Shown piece by piece: positions 48,601 to 57,499 of a stretch of 64,000 nucleotides of DNA (the stretch's first letter is position 1; each line of letters begins with the position of its first letter). The translations under genes were made by a program, and so were the position numbers. This stretch comes from Bacteroidota bacterium (GTDB lineage: Bacteria; Bacteroidota; Bacteroidia; AKYH767-A; OLB10), in NCBI GenBank assembly GCA_016709725.1, contig JADJMG010000010.1:73490-137489 (forward strand), written 5' to 3'. The notes beneath the pieces were generated by a model. It did not search any database. It saw nothing but the letters and a program-made list of their open reading frames with translations, and was not told where the DNA came from.

Positions 48601-50447
48601 ATACCGTTAGTTTAATTGTTAGCAATGCAAATGGTTGTATCGATACCGTGAATAGAAGTGTCAATGTTTTCCCAGTACCGAATGCAAATTTCTCTAGCAA
48701 TGATGTTTGTTTAAATGGCAGCACTAACTTCTTCGATCAATCTCAAATTGTAGGCGGTGGAACCTTCCAATACGCTTGGGATTTTGGTGATAATACTACG
48801 GATACTTTAATGCATCCTCAGCATACCTATACTGCTGCAGGAACCTATAATGTTAATTTATCCATCACTACACCATACGGTTGTACTGCCAATGTAATGC
48901 GAAGTATAACTGTATTTCCTTTGCCAACACCTGATTTCACTGCGGGAAATGTATGTTTAAATTTACCAGTGCAAATCATCGACAACTCATCAGTTACACC
49001 AGGTAATTTATCAGGATGGTCGTGGAGCTTAGGAAATGGAGATACAAGCACGGCACAAAATCCGACTGTGTTTTATCCGGCTGCTGGATTCTATACGATC
49101 ACTTTAGAGGTAACATCAAACCAAGGTTGTAAAAATACTATTACCGATTCAGTGGAAGTATATGCAGCACCTTCTCCTCAACCTACTGCAGGTACTCGTT
49201 GTCTGTCCGATAATATTCCATTTGCCGATACCAGTTCAGGTGCGAATAACAACATTGTAAATTGGGATTGGACTTTTGGTAACGGTACTACAGGAACGTT
49301 AGCAAATGAAAGCAGTACGTATGCAAATGCCGGAACCTATGTTGCGACATTAACAACAACCAATTCGAATGGATGTAGAGCAACGGCCAATACGAATGTA
49401 ATCATTAACGATTTACCGGTGGCAGGATTTACAGCCAACACGCCTTGTTTAAATAGTCCAGTACAATTTACAAGTACCTCATTTGTTCCTGGAGGAACCA
49501 TCACCGGATACTCTTGGAATTTTGGAGATGGAGTAGGTACTTCAAGCAGCGCTAACCCAAGTTATGTGTACACACAACAAGGAACCTATACCATCACGTT
49601 AATTGTAACGAGTGATGATGGTTGTAATGATACCATCACCGGAACAGTTCTCGTTAATCCATTACCGGTAGCTCATTTTACAGAGATGAGTAATCCAGGT
49701 TGTGGTCCAATCGTAGTTCCGTTTACTGATTCTTCTTTTGTAAGTTCAGGAGGAGTAGTATCATGGGCATGGGATTTTGGTGATGGTGGAAGTTCAACAT
49801 TGCAAAATCCAACGCATACCTATACAGCAAGTGGAAACTTCAATGTAACGTTAACTGTAGTTTCTGATTCAGGTTGTACCAACACAGTAAGCATCAACAA
49901 TGCGGTTACTGTTTATCCCGGACCAGATGCCGAGTTTGAAGCGGATCCAGCCTTGCAAAATATTCTCAATCCGAATTTCGATTTCATCAATCTTTCTTCA
50001 GGTGCACTCACGTATGCATGGACCTTTGGTGATGGAGGAGCTTCAACACTGTTTGAACCATCTTACACGTATCGCGATACCGGAAATTATTTAGTAACCT
50101 TATGGGTAGTGAATTCATACGGTTGTCCTGATTCCGTTTCACATTGGGTGCGTGTAGATCCAATTTTCAGCTGGTGGATTCCAAATGCATTCACTCCAAA
50201 TGGTGATGGTGTTAACGAAGGATTCAATATTCAAGGTGAATATATTGTTGATGTTGAACTAAGCATCTTCAACCGTTGGGGAGCGCGCATTTTCCAAAGT
50301 ACAGGAAAAACCAATCGCGCTTGGGATGGAAGCATAGAAGGCGAATCACAATTAGCACAAGAAGGAACCTATGTTTATCAGGTAAAAGTGATTGATGTTT
50401 GGGGTAAGCAACATGAGAAAGTGGGGCATGTGCATTTGGTCAGATAA
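42696..50447 (+). CDS. Giant PKD/Ig-like repeat adhesin with a T9SS type B C-terminal domain
   Basis: Start chosen at MSLKLRRSLLILTALLF (the track ORF starts at the GTG at 42648). Cys-rich N-terminal module homologous to that of 34380..36758. Alternating blocks of PKD-like repeats (F....C......F.D.S......W.W.FGDG..S...NP.H.Y...G.Y.V.L) and about 75-aa AGPD..IC.G....L.A.GG..Y.W modules. C-terminus IPNAFTPNGDGVNE ... AWDGS ... GTYVYQVKV ... HVHLVR. Confidence 0.9.
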   Translation: MSLKLRRSLLILTALLFILRADPAEASHAMGADLTYECLGGNTYKVRLSFYRDCIGILAPANIYVNIRSVSCGQTLGVTCNPIPGTGQEVTYLCPTAQSTCNGGTFTGIQEWVYEGVVTLPMQCNDWQFSYSLCCRNAAINTISSPGSNTFYIYASLDNTITPCNSSPTFTNKPVPFACLGQQLCFNHGATDPDGDSLVYSLVNPRQTVTNDVSYIAPYNAANPLATAGPIQFNTQTGDICFTPTQLQVTVMAVLVREYRNGVLIGYVVRDIQITVLNCTNDLPTLTGINGTNNFDLTVCANESLCFDVFSNDINAGQQVGLFWNNAIPNATFTSAGSPHPTGTFCWTPTQADISNTAHCFTVRVSDDACPFIGSNTYSYCITVTGITVDAGPDQYIACSDLATVTANASGGNPPYTYLWSNGFTNPTQTVGVGTYVVTVSDGTCSSTDTVEIIAAFQPIADFTWDGACGNAPVQFTDLSTTAGGMQSWTWNFGDGTGSILQNPTHTFPGSGTYNVSLIVENIYGCTDTLVLPVVIAPLPIASFSTDTVCAGSFINFTNTSTPAGSGWSWSFSNGGSSNSQNPSVVLGAPGSYTATLVVTDSAGCTDTVTQNVVVNPQPVAAFTVSGNNCQGAPITFNNTSSGATGYTWLFGDGSTSTSQNPSHTYGNNGSYTATLIAMNAFGCYDTVQQTVQVNGPPVASAGPDVTICIGSNAVLTANGGVTFNWTPGGSTSNTISVSPSTNTSYSVIVTDANGCSAVDTVRVLVNPLPTATVSPNVSVCQGQSATLTASGGVSYSWNPSGSVTGTIVVTPGSSTTYAVNVIDANGCQATAFVNVTVNPNPVISLPAGVFICSGVSATLNPGATGTSYLWSNGATSQTINVNTQGSYSVIVTNAAGCTSMASTQVTVGGQVISNSNTTSICQGQSATLDAGFAGSTYAWSTGSTSQTISVNAAGVYSVTVTDASGCTGTIANTVQVNPLPQAAFTPNDECLNDSVFFHDASSVNGGSITSWSWDLGNGNISFAQNPILVYNTPGAYNVVLTITSDQGCTSVLSDTLNIYPMPTAAFNFTQGCIGTSIPFVDQSTVGFGNIVSWNWNFGDGTTSTSQNPQHAFTTAGNYNVSLEVSTPGGCRAILSRVVQIFPEPVLSFTSTPTTICLGGSVTLNNTSTSSNGVISNCQWSFGNGTTSNQLSPTVNYNNAGNYTITLIGTTTLGCSDTLTQAVTINALPTADAGSNRAICAGTSTTLTATGGGTYSWSPGGSTASSITVTPITSGMYYVIVTNANGCTSRDSVRVNINPLPVANAGPDRALCIGNNTTLTATGGGTYSWNPGGATTPTITVSPASTINYIVTVTAANGCTRNDTARVVVNPLPTASAGPDKTICFGTTTSLTASGGSTYLWQHSGATTATVYVNPTTTSTYVVTVTSSAGCSRRDTVQVNTNPTPTVVGSNAFFCTGFSATLDAGNPGMTYLWSPSGDVTQTVGVTDPGVYSVVVTNAFGCQGSGTFNVTEGGTGLSATPINVNTCQGTNVTLDAGNPGMTYLWSTGAASQSISVGSTGTYQVTITDPGGCSASFTNNVAVHPLPTVNFATTPACLGDANTFVNTSSIASGNIIGWQWNINGNASSIVQNPSVSIPTVGTYPVTLVATSGFGCIDSLTGSITVNPLPTADFTAPDVCEGSATQLSDVSTVGSGSISTWAWQLGDGTTSSLQNPQHTYANEGVYNVTLIVSSASGCNDTILQSITIDPMPEADFVANDVCEGDSVQFTNNSQLSSGFISDINWDFGDGNTSSLSDPVHYYTSPGSYTVTLRVGSDQVCEDVIAKTIVVNPKPIADFIASPVCDGSPILFVDNSNVPTGVVNGWYWEFGDGSFSSTQQPNHQYANPGIYNVSLLASTDKGCSDTLNRSTTINDIPQAGFTVANACLGSPVVFNDTTLGTAGAITNWAWNFGDGLTSSTQNPTHTYNSTGTYTVSLIVSNANGCIDTVNRSVNVFPVPNANFSSNDVCLNGSTNFFDQSQIVGGGTFQYAWDFGDNTTDTLMHPQHTYTAAGTYNVNLSITTPYGCTANVMRSITVFPLPTPDFTAGNVCLNLPVQIIDNSSVTPGNLSGWSWSLGNGDTSTAQNPTVFYPAAGFYTITLEVTSNQGCKNTITDSVEVYAAPSPQPTAGTRCLSDNIPFADTSSGANNNIVNWDWTFGNGTTGTLANESSTYANAGTYVATLTTTNSNGCRATANTNVIINDLPVAGFTANTPCLNSPVQFTSTSFVPGGTITGYSWNFGDGVGTSSSANPSYVYTQQGTYTITLIVTSDDGCNDTITGTVLVNPLPVAHFTEMSNPGCGPIVVPFTDSSFVSSGGVVSWAWDFGDGGSSTLQNPTHTYTASGNFNVTLTVVSDSGCTNTVSINNAVTVYPGPDAEFEADPALQNILNPNFDFINLSSGALTYAWTFGDGGASTLFEPSYTYRDTGNYLVTLWVVNSYGCPDSVSHWVRVDPIFSWWIPNAFTPNGDGVNEGFNIQGEYIVDVELSIFNRWGARIFQSTGKTNRAWDGSIEGESQLAQEGTYVYQVKVIDVWGKQHEKVGHVHLVR

Positions 50448-50687
50448 ATTTTAAATGTTTAAAAATTCACGTGGATCCGAAATGCGAATGAACACGAAAA
50501 TCGAAAAATGCGAAATGTATTTTAATTGAATCATACAAAGAAAAAATCCGCGAAAATCCGATTTATCCGTGTAATCAGTGTTCGAAATTGAGATTGTTAA
50601 GCAAAGAGAATTTATCATAAAAAATCTTAATCATCTTAATTGATCAGTGTGCCATCAAAAGATACGGATGTAAGATTTATCTGACAC

Positions 50688-50725
50688 AAAAAAGACCATC
50701 GTAAGGACGGTCTTTTATTTTTTAT
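50688..50725. terminator. Bidirectional terminator candidate between the giant adhesin gene and lolA
   Basis: AAAAGACC ... GGTCTTTT stem with an A-run before it and TTATTTTTTATT after it. Confidence 0.55.
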
Positions 50726-50735
50726 TGATATGTTT

Positions 50736-51389
50736 TTATCTCAAGTCAATCACCTCAACCCCTGGATATTTCTTCGTATCAAAAACAAACATGTTATCGT
50801 TGACAGGGGAGTTGGGTGTGAATTTTACGATGGAGTAGGTGAGTATAGCACCGCTCTTTTCATAAATTTTTGCTTCTTTCACAAATTGTCCCGCTTTGTC
50901 GATGGACAAAAGAATTTTGAAATAATTTTTCTTGGTATCGTCGGGCGTTAATTCAATTTGTTGTACCGTGCCACTCTTTTCTTTTTTATCACCAATGTAT
51001 TTTGTCTTGAATCCTTTTTCATACATGGTGAAAATATTGGTAGGACTAATTGCACCTTCAACCGATTTTGATTCGGAGATTTGTACTTCGTTCGATTCTT
51101 TTAAGAAGGTCCAAGTGCTGGCGCCGTCGCTCATCACAGTTTGATTATTTAAAACAAACTGAAACTTGGGGCCATTTAATACGATGGTACCCGAAAAATT
51201 TTCGGAAGCTTTTGTTTTTTGATCTACCCGCGATAATTTAAAACTGGCGGATAAAGATTTATAGGATTTGTATTTTGCACTAACCGACTTTAATATTTCT
51301 GACGATTTAGCATCGCTTTGTGCGAATACCGTAGTGCTTAATAATAAGGTGAACGCAAGGCATGCGCTCAATAATTTAGATTTATTCAT
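50736..51389 (-). CDS. lolA: Outer-membrane lipoprotein carrier protein LolA-like
   Basis: 217 aa with a signal peptide and LolA-like layout (SA.F......D......E.F.G.I.L.G.KF). It lies directly downstream of ftsK, the usual Bacteroidota arrangement. Confidence 0.7.
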   Translation of the reverse strand: MNKSKLLSACLAFTLLLSTTVFAQSDAKSSEILKSVSAKYKSYKSLSASFKLSRVDQKTKASENFSGTIVLNGPKFQFVLNNQTVMSDGASTWTFLKESNEVQISESKSVEGAISPTNIFTMYEKGFKTKYIGDKKEKSGTVQQIELTPDDTKKNYFKILLSIDKAGQFVKEAKIYEKSGAILTYSIVKFTPNSPVNDNMFVFDTKKYPGVEVIDLR

Positions 51390-51424
51390 AGGTTTTGTAG
51401 GCTGTAAAGATAAAGTTTAGAATC

Positions 51425-54004
51425 TTAAACTCCCGAAGGCGATTTTACGCTTTTCAATAACTGTTCCAAACTTGCCATATCCTTGCAACGAACTTCACGA
51501 GCCTTACTTCCTTCAAAAGGTCCTATAATGCCTGCAGCCTCAAGCTGATCCACAATTCTACCCGCTCTATTGTATCCTAATTTCAATCTTCTTTGTAATA
51601 AAGATGCAGAGCCTTGTTGGAATTGCACCACCATATGAGCCGCTTCATCGAATAAAGGATCAAAATCATCAGCTCCCATATCGTTCGATCCACCCGAAGT
51701 TTCTCCTTCGCCCACATACTCAGGGAGTTGGTATGCTTGTGAGTAAGCGCGCTGGTTGCCAATGAAGTTTGTAATAGCCTCAACTTCAGGCGTGTCAACA
51801 AAAGCGCATTGCATTCGAACTAGATCAGAACCAGTAGACAATAACATGTCACCACGACCAATTAATTGATCGGCACCGCCCGTATCTAAAATGGTGCGGG
51901 AGTCGATTTTGGAAGTTACCCTAAAGGCTAATCGAGCTGGGAAGTTGGCTTTGATGGTACCCGTAATAATATTTACCGATGGACGCTGTGTGGCAATGAT
52001 CAAGTGAATTCCAATGGCCCGTGCTAACTGAGCTAAACGAGCAATCGGTGTTTCTACTTCTTTACCAGCCGTCATAATTAAATCGGCAAACTCATCCACC
52101 ACCAATACAATGTAGGGAAGGAAACGATGTCCGTTATTCGGATTTAATTTTCTGGAGATGAACTTCACATTGTACTCACGAATATTTCTTACTTGTGCTT
52201 CTTTCAATAATTCGTAGCGATCGTCCATCTCAATACAAAGTGAGTTTAATGTATTCACCACTTTCTTTGTGTCGGTGATAATCGCATCTTCATCACCCGG
52301 AAGTTTAGCTAAGAAATGTCGTTCGATAGTTTTGAAAAGTGTTAACTCCACTTTCTTGGGATCAACTAAAACGAATTTTACTTGAGCCGGATGTTTTTTA
52401 TAAAGTAGAGAAACTAAAATTGCATTTAATCCTACCGATTTACCTTGTCCTGTAGCACCTGCCATCAACAAGTGAGGCATCTTGGCTAAGTCGGCAATAA
52501 AGATTTCATTGGAGATGGTTTTCCCTAAAGCAATCGGCAAATCATAATCAGTATTTTGGAATTTCTCAGAGCCAATCACGGAACGCATACTTACTATATC
52601 GGGATTTTGATTCGGTACTTCAATACCAATCGTTCCTTTGCCAGGAATAGGAGCGATGATACGAATTCCAAGTGCTGCCAAACTTAACGCGATATCATCT
52701 TCCAGATTTTTAATTTTCGAAATACGAATTCCGGCTTTCGGTACAATTTCAAAAAGTGTAACCGTCGGGCCTACTGTCGCTTTTATTTTATCAATCTCAA
52801 TCGAATAATGTCCGAGTGTTTCAATGATTCGTTTTTTGTTGGCTTCTAATTCCGCCATCAACTCATCACGACTCAATTGTGAACGACTGCTTGTGTAATT
52901 TTCAAGTAGGTCGAGAGTAGGATGTTGGTATTGACTTAAATCTAATTTCGGATCGTATTCACCTAATTGCTCTACCAAATCTACATCTTCTGCACTCGTT
53001 ACAATTCCATCTCCCTGTAGTAAATCATCACCTTCTTTCAATGATTCAATTTCCAAAGTGAGATCATCATTCTTTACATCCAATTCCATTTCTGGAATGT
53101 CGGCATCTAACAAATGAATCTCGGGTTGAGGTGCGGAATTCGCTGCAATAACAGGTGGAAATAATTCTGGAATTTCATCACGATGCGAATAATCATCCGG
53201 CAATTCCAATTCCATATTATCATCGCCTAAATCATCTTCAAAATCTTTTAATTTATTTCCAGTGATGAAATCATCTACTTCGGTAAGTACTGCATCTTCT
53301 TCTTCTTCATTCTTTTTATTTCTAGATGGCATTTTAAAACTAAAATTGTAAACCGCCACTAAGAAAGAAAATCCGGTGAAGCCAATTAAGAATCCCGTTC
53401 CAATTTTTCCAATCGAAAGATTTAACCACGTGTTAATTTGATAACCAATTCCGCCTCCTAAAAAGAGTAAATCAGGTTTGCTACTAAATAAAAACGAAAG
53501 CGCGGGAGGGAAGAATAGTAAACAGAATAAACTGTATTTGAAAGTTTTTTTAATCGGTAATAAAGAAGCTTGAAATAATATTTTGAATCCTGTGATGAAG
53601 GAAAGTAATACAAATGCATAAGCAGCCAATCCAAACCAGTTGTACATAAACTGATGCGACACGATGGCGCCAATCTTCCCTAACCAATTTTCAACTTGCT
53701 TATCGGAGAAGCGAATTAAATCGAACCATGATCCCGTCACTAAGCTTTGATCATTTTTCCACGTGAAAAAATACGAAGTGAATGCAATCAAGGAATAAAC
53801 CGAAACGAGTAATAAAAAAAGTCCGAAAATTTTATGTGTTCTTTCGTTCGTTAAAAAACGATTTACTGCATGCGGTTCATCTGCAACTACTTTTTCTTTG
53901 CGCTGTCTAACTTTTTTTTGTGGCTTCTCAGCAACCAATTCTTCTTCCACTTCCACATCGTCTTTCACGATGGGTTCTTTTATTCTATTTCCCTTTCCAG
54001 CCAT
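51425..54004 (-). CDS. ftsK: DNA translocase FtsK
   Basis: 859 aa with N-terminal transmembrane segments and an acidic linker. Motor domain with Walker A GATGQGKS, Walker B VLVVDEFADL and ATQRPS. C-terminal winged-helix gamma domain (LQRRLKLGYNRAGRIVDQLE). Confidence 0.95.
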   Translation of the reverse strand: MAGKGNRIKEPIVKDDVEVEEELVAEKPQKKVRQRKEKVVADEPHAVNRFLTNERTHKIFGLFLLLVSVYSLIAFTSYFFTWKNDQSLVTGSWFDLIRFSDKQVENWLGKIGAIVSHQFMYNWFGLAAYAFVLLSFITGFKILFQASLLPIKKTFKYSLFCLLFFPPALSFLFSSKPDLLFLGGGIGYQINTWLNLSIGKIGTGFLIGFTGFSFLVAVYNFSFKMPSRNKKNEEEEDAVLTEVDDFITGNKLKDFEDDLGDDNMELELPDDYSHRDEIPELFPPVIAANSAPQPEIHLLDADIPEMELDVKNDDLTLEIESLKEGDDLLQGDGIVTSAEDVDLVEQLGEYDPKLDLSQYQHPTLDLLENYTSSRSQLSRDELMAELEANKKRIIETLGHYSIEIDKIKATVGPTVTLFEIVPKAGIRISKIKNLEDDIALSLAALGIRIIAPIPGKGTIGIEVPNQNPDIVSMRSVIGSEKFQNTDYDLPIALGKTISNEIFIADLAKMPHLLMAGATGQGKSVGLNAILVSLLYKKHPAQVKFVLVDPKKVELTLFKTIERHFLAKLPGDEDAIITDTKKVVNTLNSLCIEMDDRYELLKEAQVRNIREYNVKFISRKLNPNNGHRFLPYIVLVVDEFADLIMTAGKEVETPIARLAQLARAIGIHLIIATQRPSVNIITGTIKANFPARLAFRVTSKIDSRTILDTGGADQLIGRGDMLLSTGSDLVRMQCAFVDTPEVEAITNFIGNQRAYSQAYQLPEYVGEGETSGGSNDMGADDFDPLFDEAAHMVVQFQQGSASLLQRRLKLGYNRAGRIVDQLEAAGIIGPFEGSKAREVRCKDMASLEQLLKSVKSPSGV

Positions 54005-54166
54005 GTCAATTGGTTTAGCGGTTAAAAGTACCGAGATTTATCTCCTGTTTTACAGTGTACACTGTATGCTTATTGAACATACAAATGTGTAAAACTGAAC
54101 GAAGATTTTCTTAGGATTATTGGAAGATGAATTAAATATTCTAAAAAATTGATTAAATTGGTGCTT

Positions 54167-54835
54167 ATGAATGATGTAATTACACCCGAAAAGCAAGAAA
54201 TTCTCGATAAATTAAAGGCATTTTACCCCATGCTTGAGCCTACATTGATGCGTGAAATAGCGAATAACTCGCTGATGCGTGAATTTGGAACAGGGGAAAT
54301 TTTGATGAAACCTGGGCAATTTTTTAAGTCTACCATGTTGATAACCAAGGGTAGAGTAAAGGTTTATAAAGAGGGGGATCAAGGAAGTGAGTTCTTTATG
54401 TATTATCTCGAACCTGGAAATGCTTGTGCTTTGTCGATGATATGTGCTGCCCGTCAAGAACAGAGTGAGCTCTTAGCCAAAACCATAGAACCAACAGAGG
54501 TGATTTTGGTACCCATCGCCATTATGGATAATTTAATGGCTAATTATAGAACATGGTATTACTTTGTGTTGGAGAGTTATCGGAATCGCTTTGAGGAATT
54601 GTTGAATTTGATTGATCATACGGTCTTTAAAGGATTGGATGAACGACTTGAGTTTTATTTGAAGAAGCAGAGAGATGCTTTTAAGTCGGATGAATTGAAA
54701 ATCACACATGAAGAAATTGCAAATGACTTAGGCACTTCACGAGTAGTCATTTCCCGATTGTTAAAAAGTATGGAGCAAGCCGGTAAGTTGAAACTCAATC
54801 GAAATGCCATTGACCTAAAAAATATGTCTGTGTAA
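54167..54835 (+). CDS. Crp/Fnr family transcriptional regulator
   Basis: cNMP-binding-like beta-roll (GEILMKPGQ ... VKVYKEGDQGSEFFMYYLEPGNAC) and a C-terminal HTH (THEEIANDLGTSRVVISRLLK). ATG at 54167 preferred over the TTG at 54149. Confidence 0.85.
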   Translation: MNDVITPEKQEILDKLKAFYPMLEPTLMREIANNSLMREFGTGEILMKPGQFFKSTMLITKGRVKVYKEGDQGSEFFMYYLEPGNACALSMICAARQEQSELLAKTIEPTEVILVPIAIMDNLMANYRTWYYFVLESYRNRFEELLNLIDHTVFKGLDERLEFYLKKQRDAFKSDELKITHEEIANDLGTSRVVISRLLKSMEQAGKLKLNRNAIDLKNMSV

Positions 54836-54892
54836 TGAATGTTACCAATTATCTTGATTTGATGCCGCATCTTTGCACCAGTTAAAAACGAT

Positions 54893-55696
54893 ATGTTAAT
54901 ACTAATTGGTTACCTCGCTTCGGCATTAATTGGAATTTCACTGGGATTGATAGGTGGCGGAGGAAGTATCCTCACCGTCCCCGTTCTGGTTTATTTATTT
55001 CATCAAGATGCCGTACTATCTACATCGTATTCATTATTTATTGTTGGAACCACTGCATTAGTAGGTGCAATTCCTAAATTTAAAGAAGGAATGATCGATC
55101 TAAAAACTGCTGTCATATTTGGAATCCCATCCTTGATCGCCGTTTATTTAACTCGATTGCTCTTGGTGCCAGCAATCCCGGAAGTAGTATTTACGGTTTC
55201 AGGATTTATCGTTACCAAGTCAATATTTATGTTGCTTCTTTTTGCGGTGTTGATGGTCATCGCAGCCTACTCCATGATTAGAAGCAATGGAAAGGAAAAA
55301 GTGATTGTACCGAAAAGTGAAAGAACCTATAATTATCCGATCATCATTTTAGAAGGATTGTTTGTAGGAACCTTAACGGGAATGGTAGGTGCTGGAGGAG
55401 GATTTTTAATTATTCCTGCGCTCGTATTGTTAAGTGGATTACCGATGAAGGAAGCAGTGGGAACATCCCTGTTAATTATTGCTGTAAAATCATTGATTGG
55501 ATTTACGGGTGATTTTGGACATTATGATTTGAATTGGGGACTTCTTCTCTCCGTCACTACCATTGCGGTGATTGGAATCTTTGTTGGGAATGCCTTGTCG
55601 AAAAAATTTGATGGCGGTAAATTGAAAAAAGGTTTTGGATGGTTTGTACTTATTACAGGAGTTTACATCATAATTAAGGAAGTTTGGTTAAAATAA
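54893..55696 (+). CDS. Sulfite exporter TauE/SafE family membrane protein
   Basis: 267 aa and polytopic, with duplicated GGGGS/GAGGGFLIIPAL motifs typical of TauE/SafE. Confidence 0.9.
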   Translation: MLILIGYLASALIGISLGLIGGGGSILTVPVLVYLFHQDAVLSTSYSLFIVGTTALVGAIPKFKEGMIDLKTAVIFGIPSLIAVYLTRLLLVPAIPEVVFTVSGFIVTKSIFMLLLFAVLMVIAAYSMIRSNGKEKVIVPKSERTYNYPIIILEGLFVGTLTGMVGAGGGFLIIPALVLLSGLPMKEAVGTSLLIIAVKSLIGFTGDFGHYDLNWGLLLSVTTIAVIGIFVGNALSKKFDGGKLKKGFGWFVLITGVYIIIKEVWLK

Positions 55697-55728
55697 AATA
55701 GCATTGAAAACGATTATATAAAATAGAA

Positions 55729-57147
55729 ATGAAAATAGAACAAATTTATACCGGATGTTTAGCACAAGGTGCTTACTTCATCCAATCAGAAAATGAAGCG
55801 GTTGTGATTGATCCATTACGTGAGGTTCAACCTTATTTGGATCGAGCAGAAAAAGAAGGGGCGAAAATTATATACGTTTTTGAAACGCATTTTCACGCCG
55901 ATTTCGTTTCGGGACACGTGGATTTAGCAAATGCAACAGGAGCGAGTATTGTTTTTGGTCCGAATGCAAAGACGAACTTCACTTCGCATGTTGCGAAAGA
56001 TGGGGAGGAATTTAAAGTAGGAAAATTGCGATTTAAAGTGTTGCATACTCCTGGCCATACCATGGAATCGACTTGTTATTTGTTGATGGATGAAAATGGA
56101 AAAGAAGTGGCACTCTTCACGGGAGATACCTTGTTTATTGGTGATGTAGGTCGACCTGACCTTGCCCAAAAATCAGATGTTACACAAGATGATTTGGCTG
56201 GAATGTTATACGATTCGTTGCGTAACAAAGTAATGACCTTACCAAATGATGTATTGGTGTATCCAGCGCACGGTGCGGGCTCTGCTTGCGGAAAAAACAT
56301 GAGTAAAGAAACCTTCGATACGCTCGGACATCAGAAAGAAGTGAATTACGCATTGCGTGCAAACATGTCGAAAGCCGAATTTATTAAAGAAGTTACAGAT
56401 GGATTACTACCTCCGCCAGCTTATTTCCCTCAGAATGTAATGATGAATAAAGAAGGTTACGAGAGCATTTCAAATGTGATGAAGAGAAGTAATCAGGGAT
56501 TATCTCCAGAAGCATTTGAGGCAGCAGCTAACGAAACTGGAGCCTTGTTATTAGATACGAGAGATCCGCAATTATTTGCAAAAGCATTTGTTCCGAATTC
56601 AATTAATATTGGAATAGATGGTGGTTTTGCTCCATGGGTTGGCGCTTTAATTCCAGATGTGAAGCAAGAACTATTAATTATTGCCGATGAAGGTCGCGAA
56701 GAAGAAGTAGTGACACGTTTAGCACGTGTAGGATATGACAATGCCTTGGGATATTTAGCAGGAGGAGTAGAAGCGTGGAAGAAAGCAGGAAAAGAAATTG
56801 ATTCCATCACTTCCATTTCTGCAGATGAATTAGCGGAGATACTTTCTAAAAACGAAAAAGCAAAAATTGTAGATGTGAGAAAACATGGCGAATATGTCTC
56901 TGAACATATCAACGGTGTTACGCATGCTCCACTTGATTTTGTGAATGATGCGATGCCATCCATCAGTAAAGACGAACCCGTTTACATTCATTGTGCTGGT
57001 GGCTATCGTTCAATGATTTTTACATCGATTCTTAGAGCGAGAGGATATCATAATTTAATTGATATCAAGGGTGGATATAATGCAATAAAAAATACTGGCA
57101 AGTTTGATTTAACAGATTATGTTTGTCCGTCTACATTAACAAAGTAA
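55729..57147 (+). CDS. Persulfide dioxygenase-like MBL-fold hydrolase fused to two rhodanese domains
   Basis: 472 aa with THFHADFVSGH, HTPGHT and GDTLFIGDVGRPDL. Two rhodanese-like domains follow, the last with the active-site loop IHCAGGYRS. Confidence 0.85.
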   Translation: MKIEQIYTGCLAQGAYFIQSENEAVVIDPLREVQPYLDRAEKEGAKIIYVFETHFHADFVSGHVDLANATGASIVFGPNAKTNFTSHVAKDGEEFKVGKLRFKVLHTPGHTMESTCYLLMDENGKEVALFTGDTLFIGDVGRPDLAQKSDVTQDDLAGMLYDSLRNKVMTLPNDVLVYPAHGAGSACGKNMSKETFDTLGHQKEVNYALRANMSKAEFIKEVTDGLLPPPAYFPQNVMMNKEGYESISNVMKRSNQGLSPEAFEAAANETGALLLDTRDPQLFAKAFVPNSINIGIDGGFAPWVGALIPDVKQELLIIADEGREEEVVTRLARVGYDNALGYLAGGVEAWKKAGKEIDSITSISADELAEILSKNEKAKIVDVRKHGEYVSEHINGVTHAPLDFVNDAMPSISKDEPVYIHCAGGYRSMIFTSILRARGYHNLIDIKGGYNAIKNTGKFDLTDYVCPSTLTK

Positions 57148-57163
57148 AATAGTGGTTTATATG

Positions 57164-57199
57164 ATCCCGTTGCGATTCACTTTGCAACGGATTTTTTTG
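57164..57199 (+). terminator. Rho-independent terminator after the first PDO-rhodanese gene
   Basis: ATCCCGTTGC / GCAACGGAT stem followed by a T7 run. Confidence 0.75.
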
Positions 57200-57200
57200 A

Positions 57201-57351
57201 AGTGATCTTTTTTAACACTAGAGAAACAAGAGAACACTAAAGTGCACAAGAGGTTCGTGTGATCTTTAGTTTCAAGATAGTTACTTTTTTATTGCACTTT
57301 ATTTATCTAGTGCTCTCCAGTGCCCTCCAGTGCCTGCCTGCTGCAGGCAGG
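57201..57351. repeat. Palindrome-rich MITE-like intergenic block (element Y)
   Basis: AGTGATCTTT, CACTAGAG, CACTAAAGTGCAC and GTGATCTTTAGTTTCAAG on the left. CTAGTGCTCTCCAGTGCCCTCCAGTG plus CCTGCCTGCTGCAGGCAGG on the right. These are the same modules as 18797..18967, with the palindrome end inverted. Confidence 0.55.
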
Positions 57352-57499
57352 TTGAAACTTCCGCAGATAGGTTGAAAATTAATACTAGTTTAATCGCAAA
57401 ATCAATGACTAAAATCATAGCTTCTATGTAACTTTAGTAACGTTTAAAGGGAATCATTCCATATACTTTTGTAATAGTTAAAACATAAAAAAATACTCT

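Noticed and set aside
42696-50447. Diversity-generating retroelement or cassette-type variation acting on the repetitive adhesin gene
   Set aside because: There is no reverse transcriptase, no template repeat and no invertible promoter nearby. The PKD repeats are diverged at the DNA level rather than near-identical.
56493-56963. 156-aa antisense ORF inside the PDO-rhodanese gene, and similar antisense or alternate-frame ORFs (for example 43511..43780, 37711..38016, 16804..17118, 32492..32827)
   Set aside because: These are shadow ORFs lying wholly inside well-supported genes. They have low-complexity or Ser/Pro/Ala-biased translations and no motifs.
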